Shown: positions 1 through 11,000, counted from the stretch's first letter. The stretch is DNA of 64,000 nt from Octopus sinensis (GCF_006345805.1 NC_042997.1:125426001-125490000); one strand, 5' to 3'. Notes: generated by a model from the sequence alone, not told the origin. Translations and numbers: made by a program.

Positions 1-1386
1 ACATACATACGCGCACGCATACACACACACGTGTGTGGGTGTATGTATGTATATGTTTGTGTTTTCGTGTACCATTTAACATATGTACAGTTCTACATAA
101 TGGATTTTGTAATAAATTATGGTTTTATCGTAGTGAAATATAAACGTTTTTTATTTGTTTTTTTTTCTTTTTGAAAATATACCTGTCATCATTTCTTGTT
201 TACGTAACATCTCTCTTTCCCTCTCTCTTTCTTTCTCCCTCTCTCTCTCTATATATATATGTATGTGTGTGTGTGTGTGTATGTATATGTATATCTTTCT
301 CTAAATATAAGAGCTTATTTTATTGTTCAATATTTTTAGGATAATCCTGACTGAGGTCGACAAATCAAGATAAGAGAAAAATTGTGGAATGTCTTGATTA
401 ATCAGAGAGAATTCTAATAAATCATATTTAGATACAAGTTAATGAAAACTGCGACGTTTGTAAATAATAAACTTCTTAAAAAGTCGATAATCATAATTTC
501 ATAGCTTCATAAAGTCGATAATTTATAATTTGTCATGAAAATCATTATATTTATAATATATCGTTGTTGAAAATAAAGAAAATATGAAGGTAAGCAAAAA
601 ATGTATTTTATTTTTCAGCTCAATAGACGATTTGAAAGATGTCTGAACATACAGAGTATATAAAAAAGTCGTCTACTGGAGAAACACGGCGCAGAGCTAT
701 TGAATACATAGTTATGATGTGTAGATATTAATTTTTTTTCATTTAACTTTATTATGGTTTAACCGTAAGAGAAAGTGCAATAGTTGTGACCCTTGCCAGC
801 ATCTCCAATGCTGATGGGAGAAACAAGACGAGAAACCTGACCTGAATGTTTACAACAGTGAAGATTTTACTTAAAATACCCAAGGGGACAAGTGATTTTG
901 TTAAAGCAGGTAGCTAATTTAGTACACCCCCACAAGAACAGGAATGGTATTCCAACGGGATTTCCGTAGCTATAGAACAAAATATTTGCCCATTGTGCAT
1001 GGAAATGAAACCGAACCCGAACTTGCATAGTTGTTGAACTAACTTCTCAACTACACATACATTCTTTTCTTTTCTCATTTATCTTTTACAGTCATTGAAG
1101 TGCAGTCTTGTAGTCGAGCATATCGATCCCAGTACTTTGTTTTTAAGCTTGATTCCTATCGACATATTAATACAAAGTTACGGGAGATAAATAAAGGCAC
1201 ATGCAAGCACATGTATAAACACACACACACACACACACGGAGTAGATGAAACAGGGACATATATTGTATGTCTCGTTTCTCATTGTGTTCAACGTTTTCT
1301 ATGTCTTGTACCCATATATGCATGTATATATACATATATATGTAGGTATGTACATATATGTATGTATATATGCATATATATATATA

Positions 1387-1648
1387 TTTGGGGTACTTAG
1401 GTCTGCTCTGGACTTCGTGCTTGCTTTTTCCATGGGTATGAATAAGTATTTCATTGATATCTCGCGTATTTACCGCTGAAGAGGGGAAAATTTATTAAGC
1501 CCGAAATTGGACCAATACGGTAATTACGAATTTTTTAGAGATTTCTCTCGGTTTGTTTCGAGACGCATAAATTATAATGGTTATTGAAAAGTTTTGTCTT
1601 TATTTCGGCATATTTGGCATTAGAATTTTTCTTCTGCCCTTATCTTGT

Positions 1649-1652
<4 letters not shown>
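1387..1652 (+). mobile_element. Hammerhead-bearing non-autonomous element (solo Penelope pseudo-LTR or retrozyme monomer) in (TA)n
   Basis: ~265 bp of complex sequence between TA-rich microsatellite (1325-1386) and a long (TA)n tract (from 1653). Contains the intact hammerhead and no credible ORF. Confidence 0.55.
1465..1528 (+). ncRNA. Type I hammerhead ribozyme (predicted self-cleavage after A1517, AUA triplet)
   Basis: Stem I CGTATTTACCG (1465-1475) pairs with CGGTAATTACG (1518-1528), 10 of 11 bp with one U-U. Core CTGAAGA at 1476-1482. Stem II GGG (1483-1485)/CCC (1500-1502) with canonical G10.1-C11.1. GAAA at 1503-1506. Stem III TTGG-A-CCAA at 1507-1515, then U16.1 (1516) and A17 (1517). 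All conserved core positions present. Confidence 0.85.
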
Positions 1653-1725
<73 letters not shown>

Positions 1726-1754
1726 TATATATATATATTATATATATATATTGC

Positions 1755-1814
<60 letters not shown>

Positions 1815-1860
1815 TATATATATAGGAACACATGCATATACACATATACATAAGTAAATA
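1653..1860. repeat. (TA)n microsatellite tract
   Basis: Near-pure TA dinucleotide run with single-base interruptions. Confidence 0.95.
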
Positions 1861-2457
1861 CATATTAGATTGTTGACAATAGGTTCAAATAAAAGCGCGC
1901 TCAATAGGCTCTCACTACAACCTCTCCTATCCGGCGTGAAGTAGCTTTCTGTTCTTTTTCCAACGGCTGTACATTCTTCATATTAATAAGACAGAGAATC
2001 CTCTACAGACAACCTGAACGGGAAATAGCAATTACCAGCATCTTTTCTCCCTGTAATTGTACAAAAGGTTCTGCTGCTTGGTGCGTTTCCTTTCAGAGGC
2101 TTAATCACACCATTATTTCTGTGAGACTATAAGCTCAATCGGAATCCTCCTCTTTGCATTTTCACATCACAAAACAACGTCTGACCTCAAGATAGTCATG
2201 ACTACCTGAGGATACAGTAGTCTTCACCATCCCACCGCCGGTCACTTTCATATTCCATGATCAAATTTCTTCTTGTAAACTACTTGCTCTTTTTACTGTA
2301 GTCAATTACTTTCCTCTTTCTTTCGCGAAATTCATTGATAGTATTTCTTTTACTGCTGATTTTTGTTGTGTTTTGCCTCCTACTACATATCTGAGCAAGT
2401 TTCTTCTCATTTTGCACATGAATAGAAGTGTAAAGAAAAGTATCATATGAAGTATTT

Positions 2458-2597
2458 AAGAAGATTATTTTTACATATTAAATGGTTTCACAATTTCATG
2501 ATTCTCAAAAGTAATGTAACTCGGAGGAACTAGAAAGACTACATTTGAAAATCATGAAATTGCAAAACATGTTAAGTAAATGTAAATAAATCTTCTT
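2458..2597. repeat. Degenerate inverted repeat (~60-bp arms), old MITE-like
   Basis: AAGAAGATTATTTTTACAT...CAATTTCATGATTCTCAAA mirrors TTTGAAAATCATGAAATTG...ATGTAAATAAATCTTCTT. Confidence 0.55.
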
Positions 2598-2869
2598 ACA
2601 GATTTCAAATACATTTTCAACGTCTTTTCATTATACAAATACATACATACATAAATACATACATATATACATATACATATATATATATTGATAAAAATGG
2701 TAAGACAACAAAAGAAAGAAAGAGACCTCGATATTATGTAAATAGAGGAATTTATATGTAAATGTTATATGTGACAATTATTCGGCGGCGTGGTTTTTTC
2801 ACATCGGCATCCGAAACTCGGAGTTTTATCATGGCTACCGAATAGTTGTCACATATTACATTTACAGAT

Positions 2870-3065
2870 ATACACACACACATATATATATATATGTATG
2901 TATGTATGTTATGTATGTATGTATGTTTGTATGTATGTATGTATGTATGTATGTATGTATGTATGTATGTATGTATGTATGTATGTATGTATGTATGTAT
3001 GTACTATGTATGTATGCACGTGTGTATGTATGCATATATATGGATATGTATGCATGCATATATTC
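2870..3065. repeat. (TATG)n microsatellite
   Basis: Long tetranucleotide run. Confidence 0.95.
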
Positions 3066-3182
3066 CATTCCATATCGGCTACCTCTGATGTGTGTAGGGT
3101 TACATAATCGGATTGTTACCTAACACTCCCTTGAATCCCTAGTGCGAAACCGATAGGTAAGATCGGCCGTAATGGATATATA

Positions 3183-3727
3183 CGAGAGTGAATCAAAAAG
3201 TAATGCCATTTTGTTTAGGACAGGTATAATTATCAACACAGGAACATGTATCATGCATCAAAATGATGCTGGTCCTCTGTGGATCACATCCCTACTTCTC
3301 AATATATTGACCGTTTCTCTCGATAGCAATGTTCCACTTTCGAATAAGAGCATGTATCCCTGCCCCATAAAATTCTGGTGACTGTTCTTTGAGCCACTTC
3401 TTCACTACAGTTTTCACTTCCTCGTCACTGGAATATTCTTCGGCCCCATGAAAGAGGGTTTGAGAAGCAAGCATTATTCCAGTGACGAGGAAGTGAAAGC
3501 TGTAGTGAAGAAGTGGCTCAAAGAACAGTCACCAGAATTTTATGGGGCAGGGATACATGCTCTTATTCGAAAGTGGAACATTGCTATCGAGAGAAACGGT
3601 CAATATATTGAGAAGTAGGGATGTGATCCACAGAGGACCAGCATCGTTTTGATGCACGATACATGTTCCTGTGTCGGTAATTATACCTGTCCTAAACAAA
3701 ATGGCATTACTTTTTGACTCATCATCG
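3183..3727. mobile_element. Mariner-derived palindromic fold-back element (two inverted copies of the transposon right end), TA target duplication
   Basis: TA at 3181-3182 and 3728-3729. Termini CGAGAGTGAATCAAAAAGTAATG and CATTACTTTTTGACTCATCATCG. Arms 3183-3435 and 3475-3727 are near-identical inverted copies with a 39-bp spacer. Confidence 0.9.
3436..3618 (+). pseudogene. Mariner (Tc1/mariner) transposase C-terminal remnant
   Basis: Reads FFGPMKEGLRSKHYSSDEEVKAVVKKWLKEQSPEFYGAGIHALIRKWNIAIERNGQYIEK*, the typical mariner C-terminus after the catalytic YSPDL motif. The mirror copy is the minus-strand ORF 3292-3474. Confidence 0.9.
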
Positions 3728-3846
3728 TAATACTGTACACTTCGGTTATTATACCCATTCTATTTACAGATATACGAGTGCATTTTGTTCCTGACTTATA
3801 GACTTTTACACGACATACATACACACACACACACACACACAACACC

Positions 3847-3910
<64 letters not shown>

Positions 3911-3911
<1 letters not shown>

Positions 3912-5290
3912 GGAGATAAATAAAAATATATGCATACATACAAACATATATGTACGTACCTACATCTACATGTATATATACATGCATATATAAATAATTA
4001 TACGGAAGTACAGGACATCACAATAAGACGTAGAAACAGAAAAAACAAAAAACAAGAAAACGGAAAACGAAAACCAAATACAGGACAGGTTACACAAGGA
4101 CAAAACCCCCGTCATCAGCTGTCGCTAGAGGAGTCAGGCATGTTTCGAAGGCATAACAGAACACTAATCCAATAGGCCTTCCTGCGAGAGAATTAAAAAA
4201 ATAAAATTTCAAGCAGCGGGGCACCAATGAGTACGAACACACAAAACAAGACGTAACAATAAGACTGCAAAATTAAAATACATGTACAAAAACAAACACA
4301 AGAGGACGAACGAAAAAGCCTTTTTTTGGCATAGACAAACAATAAAACTGCAAAAATAAAAATACATGTACAAAAAGTACAATTAGTTACAAAACGAGAA
4401 AATAACAAGAATACTATACAGGAATTAACCACACAAGGGGACGAACGAAGAAGCCTTTTTGCTGGCAAGGACGAAAGTGTAGTAGCAGCGCGTGGAGGCA
4501 GTCTTTTCAATAGTGGTAACCACGTGTAAAGGAATTTTGTTTTATAGGCAAGAAGAGGGAAGGAGGAGGGGGACACGCGGCGAAGAGAGAGGAGGAGGGG
4601 GAGGGAGAAAGATTGAAGAGGTTAAAGCAAAGGGAGAGAGTACCGCATCTTCAATATAATAATATTAATATAAAAAAAGGGGACCAAGAAGTGGATCGAA
4701 ACGACGAATCGGAACGAACCTGATGCGGGGCGCTGTCAGACAATAAGGAGATAAATAAAAATATATGCATACATACAAACATATATGTACGTACCTACAT
4801 CTACATGTATATATACATGCATATATAAATAATTATACGGAAGTACAGGACATCACATAAGACGTAGAAAAAGAAACAGAAAAAACAAAAAACAAGAAAA
4901 CGGAAAACGAAAACCAAATACAGGACAGGTTACACAAGGACAAAACCCCCGTCATCAGCTGTCGCTAGAGGAGTCAGGCATGTTTCGAAGGCATAACAGA
5001 ACACTAATCCAATAGGCCTTCCTGCGAGAGAATTAAAATAAAATTTCAAGCAGCGGGGCACAATGAGTACGAACACAAACAAGACGTAACAATAAGACTG
5101 CAAAATTAAAATACATGTACAAAAACAAACACAAGAGACGAACGAAAAAGCCTTTTTCTGGCATAGACAAACAATAAAACTGCAAAAATAAAAATACATG
5201 TACAAAAAGTACAATTAGTTACAAAACGAGAAAATAACAAGAATACTATACAGGAAATTAACCACACAAGGGGACGAACGAAGAAGCCTT
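3911..5290 (-). mobile_element. A-B-A' partial tandem (545-bp direct repeats, ~835-bp period) inserted in (TA)n; Penelope pseudo-LTR-like or TRIM-like
   Basis: 3911-4457 is repeated at 4746-5290 with mostly small indels, around a unique 4458-4745. Both outer ends abut (TA)n. Minus strand carries TATAAAA (4540-4546) and a pyrimidine tract ending in CAG|G (4182-4183; 5022-5023). Confidence 0.6.
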
Positions 5291-5300
5291 ATATATATGA

Positions 5301-5331
<31 letters not shown>

Positions 5332-5982
5332 ATATGAATGAATGCATATCCAGACGTAAATATTTATGTATATACACGATGGACTTCCGCTTAATTTCAG
5401 TGCATACGAATCTCACAGCCAGCGGCTATAGTAGTCATTTGCCCAAGATGTCACACTCTGAGAACGAACCCGAAACTGCATGTTTGCGAAGCGAACTGCA
5501 TAACCACATAGTTGAGTATATCTAGCTAAACAGACAGTCTACAGATGTTGCCTGAATCGACACATTTTTGTTAATGTGTATCAATAACGACAGTAGATGT
5601 TAACAACCTTTCGATATCGATTACCTATAGGTTAAGATTGGTGATTCTTTGCTCTGAAGCTAATATGAAGATAAATGACAGTATCCACTATTTTTATTTA
5701 TTTCTAAACTATAGAAATATCTAGCTGAGTTTAATACAGAACTGGTAGAGATCGATAAATCGTAGATTAATCGCCAGAAAAAGTCGAACAAATACCTAGC
5801 GGGGTTTCTTACATGTCATACTTCTGAGTTCAAATTCCGATGAGGTTAGCTTTGACTTTAATTCTTCTGAGGTCGATAAAATAATTTACTAATTAAGAAT
5901 TGTTTGACTGGCTGATGTGTTAGAGCTTTATTTTCTGGTGAGTACTGAAACAAGCATGATTAATTTGTTTGTCTTTATCTGA

Positions 5983-6305
5983 CAGGGGTTAGAGCGTCGG
6001 GCTTACAATCATGTGGTTGTGAGTTCGATTTCTGGAGTGGGCTGTGTTGTGTTCTGGAGCATGATGATTTATTCTATGTTGTTCCGGTTCAGTCAGCCGT
6101 AGAAATGAGTTGCGACGACGTCCCTGTTGCCAAGCTGTATAAAGCGTTTGCCTTTCTCTTAGTCAACATCGGTGGCGTGGAGACGGAAGACTGGTATGCA
6201 TCGGCGGCTGCTGGTCTTCCATAAACAACCTTGCTTGGACTTATCCCTCAGAGGGTAACTTTCCAGGTTCAATTCCAAAGTCATTCGTGACCAAAGGGGT
6301 TTTTA
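5983..6305 (+). mobile_element. tRNA-derived SINE (diverged)
   Basis: tRNA-like head GGGGTTAGAGCG...GAGTTCGATT followed by a CORE-like TGTGTTGTGTTCTGGAGCA segment. Confidence 0.55.
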
Positions 6306-6323
6306 TCTACGCGACAATATTGT

Positions 6324-6903
6324 GTTTCTTATTTCTATACTACCCACAAGGGGCTAAACACAGAGAGGACAAACAAGGACAGACAAACGGATGAAGTCGA
6401 TTATATTGACCCCAGTGCGTAACTGGTACTTACTTAATCGACCTCAAAAGGATGAAAGGCAAAGTCGACCTCGGCGGAATTTGAACTCAGAACGTAGCGG
6501 CAGACCGGTAGACGAAATACCTATTTCTTTACTACCCACAAGGGGCCAAACACAGAGGGGACAAACAAGGATAGACACACGGATTAAGTCGATTATATCG
6601 ACCCCAGTGCGTAACTGGTACTTAATTTATCGACCCCGAAATGATGAAAGGAAAAGTCGACCTCGACGGAATTTGAACTCAGAACGTAAGGGCAGACGAA
6701 ATACCTATTGCTTTACTACCCACATGGGGCTAAACATAGAGTGGACAAACAAGGACAGACAAACGGATTAAGTCGATTATATCTACCCTAGTGCGCAACT
6801 GGTACTTAATTTATCGATCCCGAAAGGATTAAAGGCAAAGTCGACCTCAGAACGTAATGGCAGACGAAATACCGCTAAGAATTTCGCCCGGCGTGCTAAC
6901 GTT
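6324..6903 (-). mobile_element. SINE family B (Deu/Nin-like core), three tandem ~185-190-bp units plus truncated head
   Basis: Three repeats of TACCCACA(A/T)GGGGC...AAAGTCGACCTC...CAGAACGTA...GACGAAATAC starting near 6341, 6533 and 6717. The same family recurs more than 10 times in the window. Confidence 0.85.
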
Positions 6904-8064
6904 GTCAACACACAACCTTAAATTATGTTTTGTATTGTGTTTCTATTAGTAAAAATACCTGAAGGAAGGCAACAAGAGAGTAGTTTGCATTCTCCGATGA
7001 AATTTTCATAACAACCATATAGCATCAGTTAAGGATGTCAGTAGAGACCACTCGTAGATATAATATCGCAAAGTCGATGGAAGGGTCATTTTGAATTTCA
7101 GTAATAAACTTGTTAGCATCAATGCAACATTACTTTACCGACAACCTGGTCTCCGTGACATCATTACTGACCAAGGGGACAACATAATGACCTGAAAGAT
7201 GTCACTGTTGACCAAGTGAAGTTCAAGGTTGACCTAGGATAAGTCTGGGGAACGTTCTTTTTCCTCTCGATAGTGACGTCGTTAGGATCTGAAAAACTTC
7301 AAGGCTGACCAAGTGAAATTCAACCCTGATTTACATTATAGCTCTAGTGACCTAGGTGATATAATGATCTTGAAAATATCAAGACTGACCTCAGTGAGCT
7401 CGTACAGATCTGGAGGTTGTTAATACTTACATTTCGACCTGGTCAAAACAAGCATAGGCAAAATAAATATTGATCCAGGGTATACGAAAACTGACATAGC
7501 TGGCTGTGTTGACTATCCATAACAGTTACTTATAGATTAATACTGAAAGAAAATACCAACAGTCCGACGGTGTTCTGAGATGAAAATATATTAGGATAGT
7601 TTTCAGTGTCGGATCTAAGATTAAGGCTTTACAAATAGCAGAAAAGACGATTGAAACAAACAAGTAGCTGTTGTTTAGTCCAGGAGAACCTTTATTGAGG
7701 ATAACAATGATAAGAGACGTTGAAAGCAAGGTCACCTTGTTCCGTTTTTATATCAAGGACTATACTGACCAATCTTTCCTTTTGTTTTTAAGTCAGTTGG
7801 ATATGATTTCAAATAGCTACTATTCTTAACCAGTCTGGGGTACTTAGACACTTTTTCTTTGGCTGGGAAGCAGTCTGATAACAAACCAGAACCAGAAACA
7901 ACAAAAAATATTGATTTTATAAATAATTAAAGTCGTGACACGTCACCTGACTCTTTCAAAGGACATATGACTTTTTGACTTCTTAAAGAACAGACTGGTT
8001 CTATGATCTAGTGATTGCTTTGAACTTTTCATGCATGATATGTTGATGATGTTTTTTGTTGTTG

Positions 8065-8300
8065 TTGCTGCTGCAGTTGTTGTTTAGCCCCAGGTCAAAA
8101 TTAAATAAGTGATCCTCTCATCAAAGACATTCCATCCATGATTATTGCGTTTATTTCCTATATCGGCGACAATATTTTCTAGTGTTTCCTTCTGACTTTC
8201 ATGACTTGTGAGAGATTTTATTGCTATTTCTAGCAAAGCAGGCAGCTGCAAGGACATTAAGGTGAGATGCCGGTAGCAAATTACAAACATATTCAGCCGA
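8065..8300 (-). mobile_element. Dispersed repeat family D with (AAC)n tail
   Basis: GTTGTTGTTTAGCCCCAGGTCA...TCAAAGACATTCCATCCATGA is the reverse complement of the 3' end of the copy at 42945-43140. Confidence 0.5.
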
Positions 8301-8711
8301 ACAGATACCGCTTTAATACTGCAATGGAAAAGATAATAGAAGTTTTCAAAAATGACTCAATAGCAGTGAAGTAAAGTTTATCTATCAGGAACAATGCTGC
8401 GCAATAATATGGAATTCGAGGTATGTTAACACTGGTCTAGTGCAGTAAAACTATAGCGTAGTAACACTCTTAATGTATTAAGATAACTATGGAATAGTAT
8501 GTACGTAGTATAGTAGAACTACTACTGTTCAAATGATAACATTCTTAATACCTTTTATTACTTGGAGCTTTATATAAACTTCGTTTGCACATTAAAATGT
8601 AAAACGTTAGATGCTTTATGACGGCCATAGAAGATTTTGCGTATTCAACTCGCCAACTCAGTGCAGAGTAGCACAATCAATTTTGCCTTTCATTATTAGA
8701 ATTACGATGTT

Positions 8712-8865
8712 TCGTCTGACTTTACGTTCTGAGTTCCAATGGTGCCTGGGTCGACTTTGCCTTTAGCTTTTCGAGGCCGATTAAATTAGTATCAGTTGAG
8801 CATTGGGGTCGACTTACTCCTTCCCGTTAAATTGCTGACCCTGTACCAAAATTTGAAATCATTAT
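8712..8865 (+). mobile_element. SINE family B, diverged partial copy
   Basis: TTTCGTCTGACTTTACGTTCTGAGTTCCAAT...GTCGACTTTGCCTTT...GGGGTCGACT...AAATTTGAAATC. Confidence 0.7.
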
Positions 8866-9123
8866 TAGAAGTACAATGTTTTGCTTTACTGCATTTTTCT
8901 ATATAGTCAGAAGACAATACAGTGTTTATGATACCTTTCAGGGTTTTCGATATGAGAAAGAGGGGAGTTGGAAGGTATCCTCAAAGTATAGTTGGAAGGT
9001 ATCCTCGAACTCGAACACTTACAACAGAATGAACTCCTTAGTTATAAGCAGTTCAGGACCAGACTGATATGGTAAAACGAGTGGTGGAGTAAATCTACAA
9101 GTTGAGTACATCACATTCTTTTG

Positions 9124-9307
9124 CTTGTTTCAGTCATTTGACTGCGGCCATGCTAGAGCACCGCCATTAGTCGAGCAAATCGACCCCAGGACTTGTTTTT
9201 GGAAGCCTAGTGCTTATTATATCGGTCTCTTTTGCCGAACCGTTAGGTTACGGGGACGTAAACACACCAGCATCGGTTGTCAAGCGATGTTGGGGGGACA
9301 AACACAG

Positions 9308-9340
<33 letters not shown>

Positions 9341-9514
9341 TATATATATATACGACGGGATTCTTTCAGTTTCCGTCTACCAAATCCATTCACAAGGCTT
9401 TGGTCGGCCCGAGGCTATAGTAGAAGACACTTGCCCAAGTTGTCACGCAGTGGGTCTGAATCCGGAACCATGTGGTTGGTATACAAGCTACTTACCACAC
9501 AGCCAGACCTGCGC
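9124..9514 (-). mobile_element. SINE family A (tRNA head, CORE-like CCTTGGGCAAGT, internal (CA)n), full length
   Basis: Matches copies at 30792, 37401, 42492, 51857 and 62517. A-box TGGCTGTGTGG and B-box-like GGTTCAGTCCC on the element strand (B box diverged to GATTCAGACCC here). Confidence 0.9.
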
Positions 9515-9802
9515 AACTCAGAATTCAAAGAACAGGATGAAGGGGCCACAAGGAATCGCACCCAACTAACGATTCTGTTAGTCAACAGTCCTGAACTGGT
9601 ACTTTATTTTATGAATTCCAGAAGAATTAAGGGTAAAGCTGACTTTGTTAGTATTCGAAACCGGTACGCAAGAAACTAGTTAAAGTATGGTGAGACATAT
9701 CGTGCGACACCTTAACAACTCTGTTGTCCTGAAACCCGAGTCTTAAACACGTTAATATAAAAGGAGATTGTTTCGAATCAACAAAATACTTTCTGTGTGG
9801 TT

Positions 9803-10036
9803 GCGGCGAGCTGGCAGAATCGTTAGCACGCCGGGCGAAATGCTTAGTGGTATTTCGTCTGCCGCTACGTTCTGAGTTCAAATTCCGCCGAGGTCGACTT
9901 TGCCTTTCATACATCCGGGGTCAATTAAATAAGTACCAGTTACGTACTGGGGTCGATATAATCGACTTAATCCGTTTGTCTGTCCTTGTTTGTCCCCTCT
10001 GTATGTAGCCCCTTGTGGGCAGTAAAGAAATAAGTA
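9803..10036 (+). mobile_element. SINE family B, head plus core plus long tail
   Basis: GCGGCGAGCTGGCAGAATCGTTAGC head, GAGTTCAAATTCC B-box, TTGCCTTTCAT...GGGGTC...AAGTACCAG core. Confidence 0.9.
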
Positions 10037-10539
10037 TCGAACTACCGACCTTACGATTGCGAGCCGAATACCCCAACTACTAACTTACGCGCCTTCAAAC
10101 ATCATCAACAACAGCAAAAATGAATTTGTTATACTGGAGACGTTGTAGAAGAATGTTTCTATCGGCTGCTTCTTTATTAGGGTTGGAATCCTTCAACAAC
10201 CGCAGCAGCAACAACAACAGCTACAACAACAAAAACAGCTGTATTAAAAGCAACACAAATGGTAGTAGTAGCAGCAGCTGGATTCATCTAATTTAAATTC
10301 GTGAATATGTATTTCTCGATAGAGAAATTAATACGAAACAGCTCTGACTGAATTGCTGATAGATAAGAGTCAATATATATTCCTTAGGCAATAAATAAAA
10401 CATAAATAATAGAGAAATATGTTAATTTATGGCTCATAATTCATAAAAGTTCGGGATTCTACAAAATAAACAAAAACCTCATTTAAATTATGGATTTGAA
10501 ATAATAGTAATAATAGTTTGATAGTCTTTGAACTACACA

Positions 10540-10770
10540 CACACACATCTATATATATACCTATATTTATATATACATACATATATCGCTATACATACTC
10601 TCTCACATACATATATATATATATACACGCATACATACGTACATACATACAAATAGGGTATATATATGTGCATGTATATAAATATATATATATATATACA
10701 CATACGTACATATATATATATATGTGGGTGTATATATACATATACGTATATATATATCTATATATATATA

Positions 10771-10843
<73 letters not shown>

Positions 10844-10938
10844 TATATAATATACATGTAATCGTTAATTTGATTATTCAGATCAATTTAAATGAATCAA
10901 TATGTGTGTGTGCGCGCATACTTAGAAGCAATTAATGC

Positions 10939-10999
<61 letters not shown>

Positions 11000-11000
11000 A
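10540..11000. repeat. Compound (TA)n/(TACA)n and (TAGA)n microsatellites
   Basis: Direct reading. Confidence 0.95.

Noticed and set aside
590-618. GTAAGC...TTTTTCAG resembling a complete intron
   Set aside because: Only 29 nt, too short for a typical spliceosomal intron, and the flanks have no open frame.
2200-2420. Possible very old R4/Dong endonuclease fragment on the minus strand (EEI*SWNMKVT)
   Set aside because: Only one short motif matches. Too degenerate to support as a feature.
4100-4190. Hammerhead-like words (CGCAGGA...GAAAC ATG...CTGATGA) in the A-B-A' repeat, also at 4940-5030
   Set aside because: The core deviates (CGCAGGA for CUGANGA, no U16.1), and no permutation gives a canonical three-stem fold.
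6324-6903. Regularly spaced repeats that could be mistaken for a CRISPR array
   Set aside because: The units are ~185-bp full tandem SINE modules without unique spacers. The context is eukaryotic with no cas genes.
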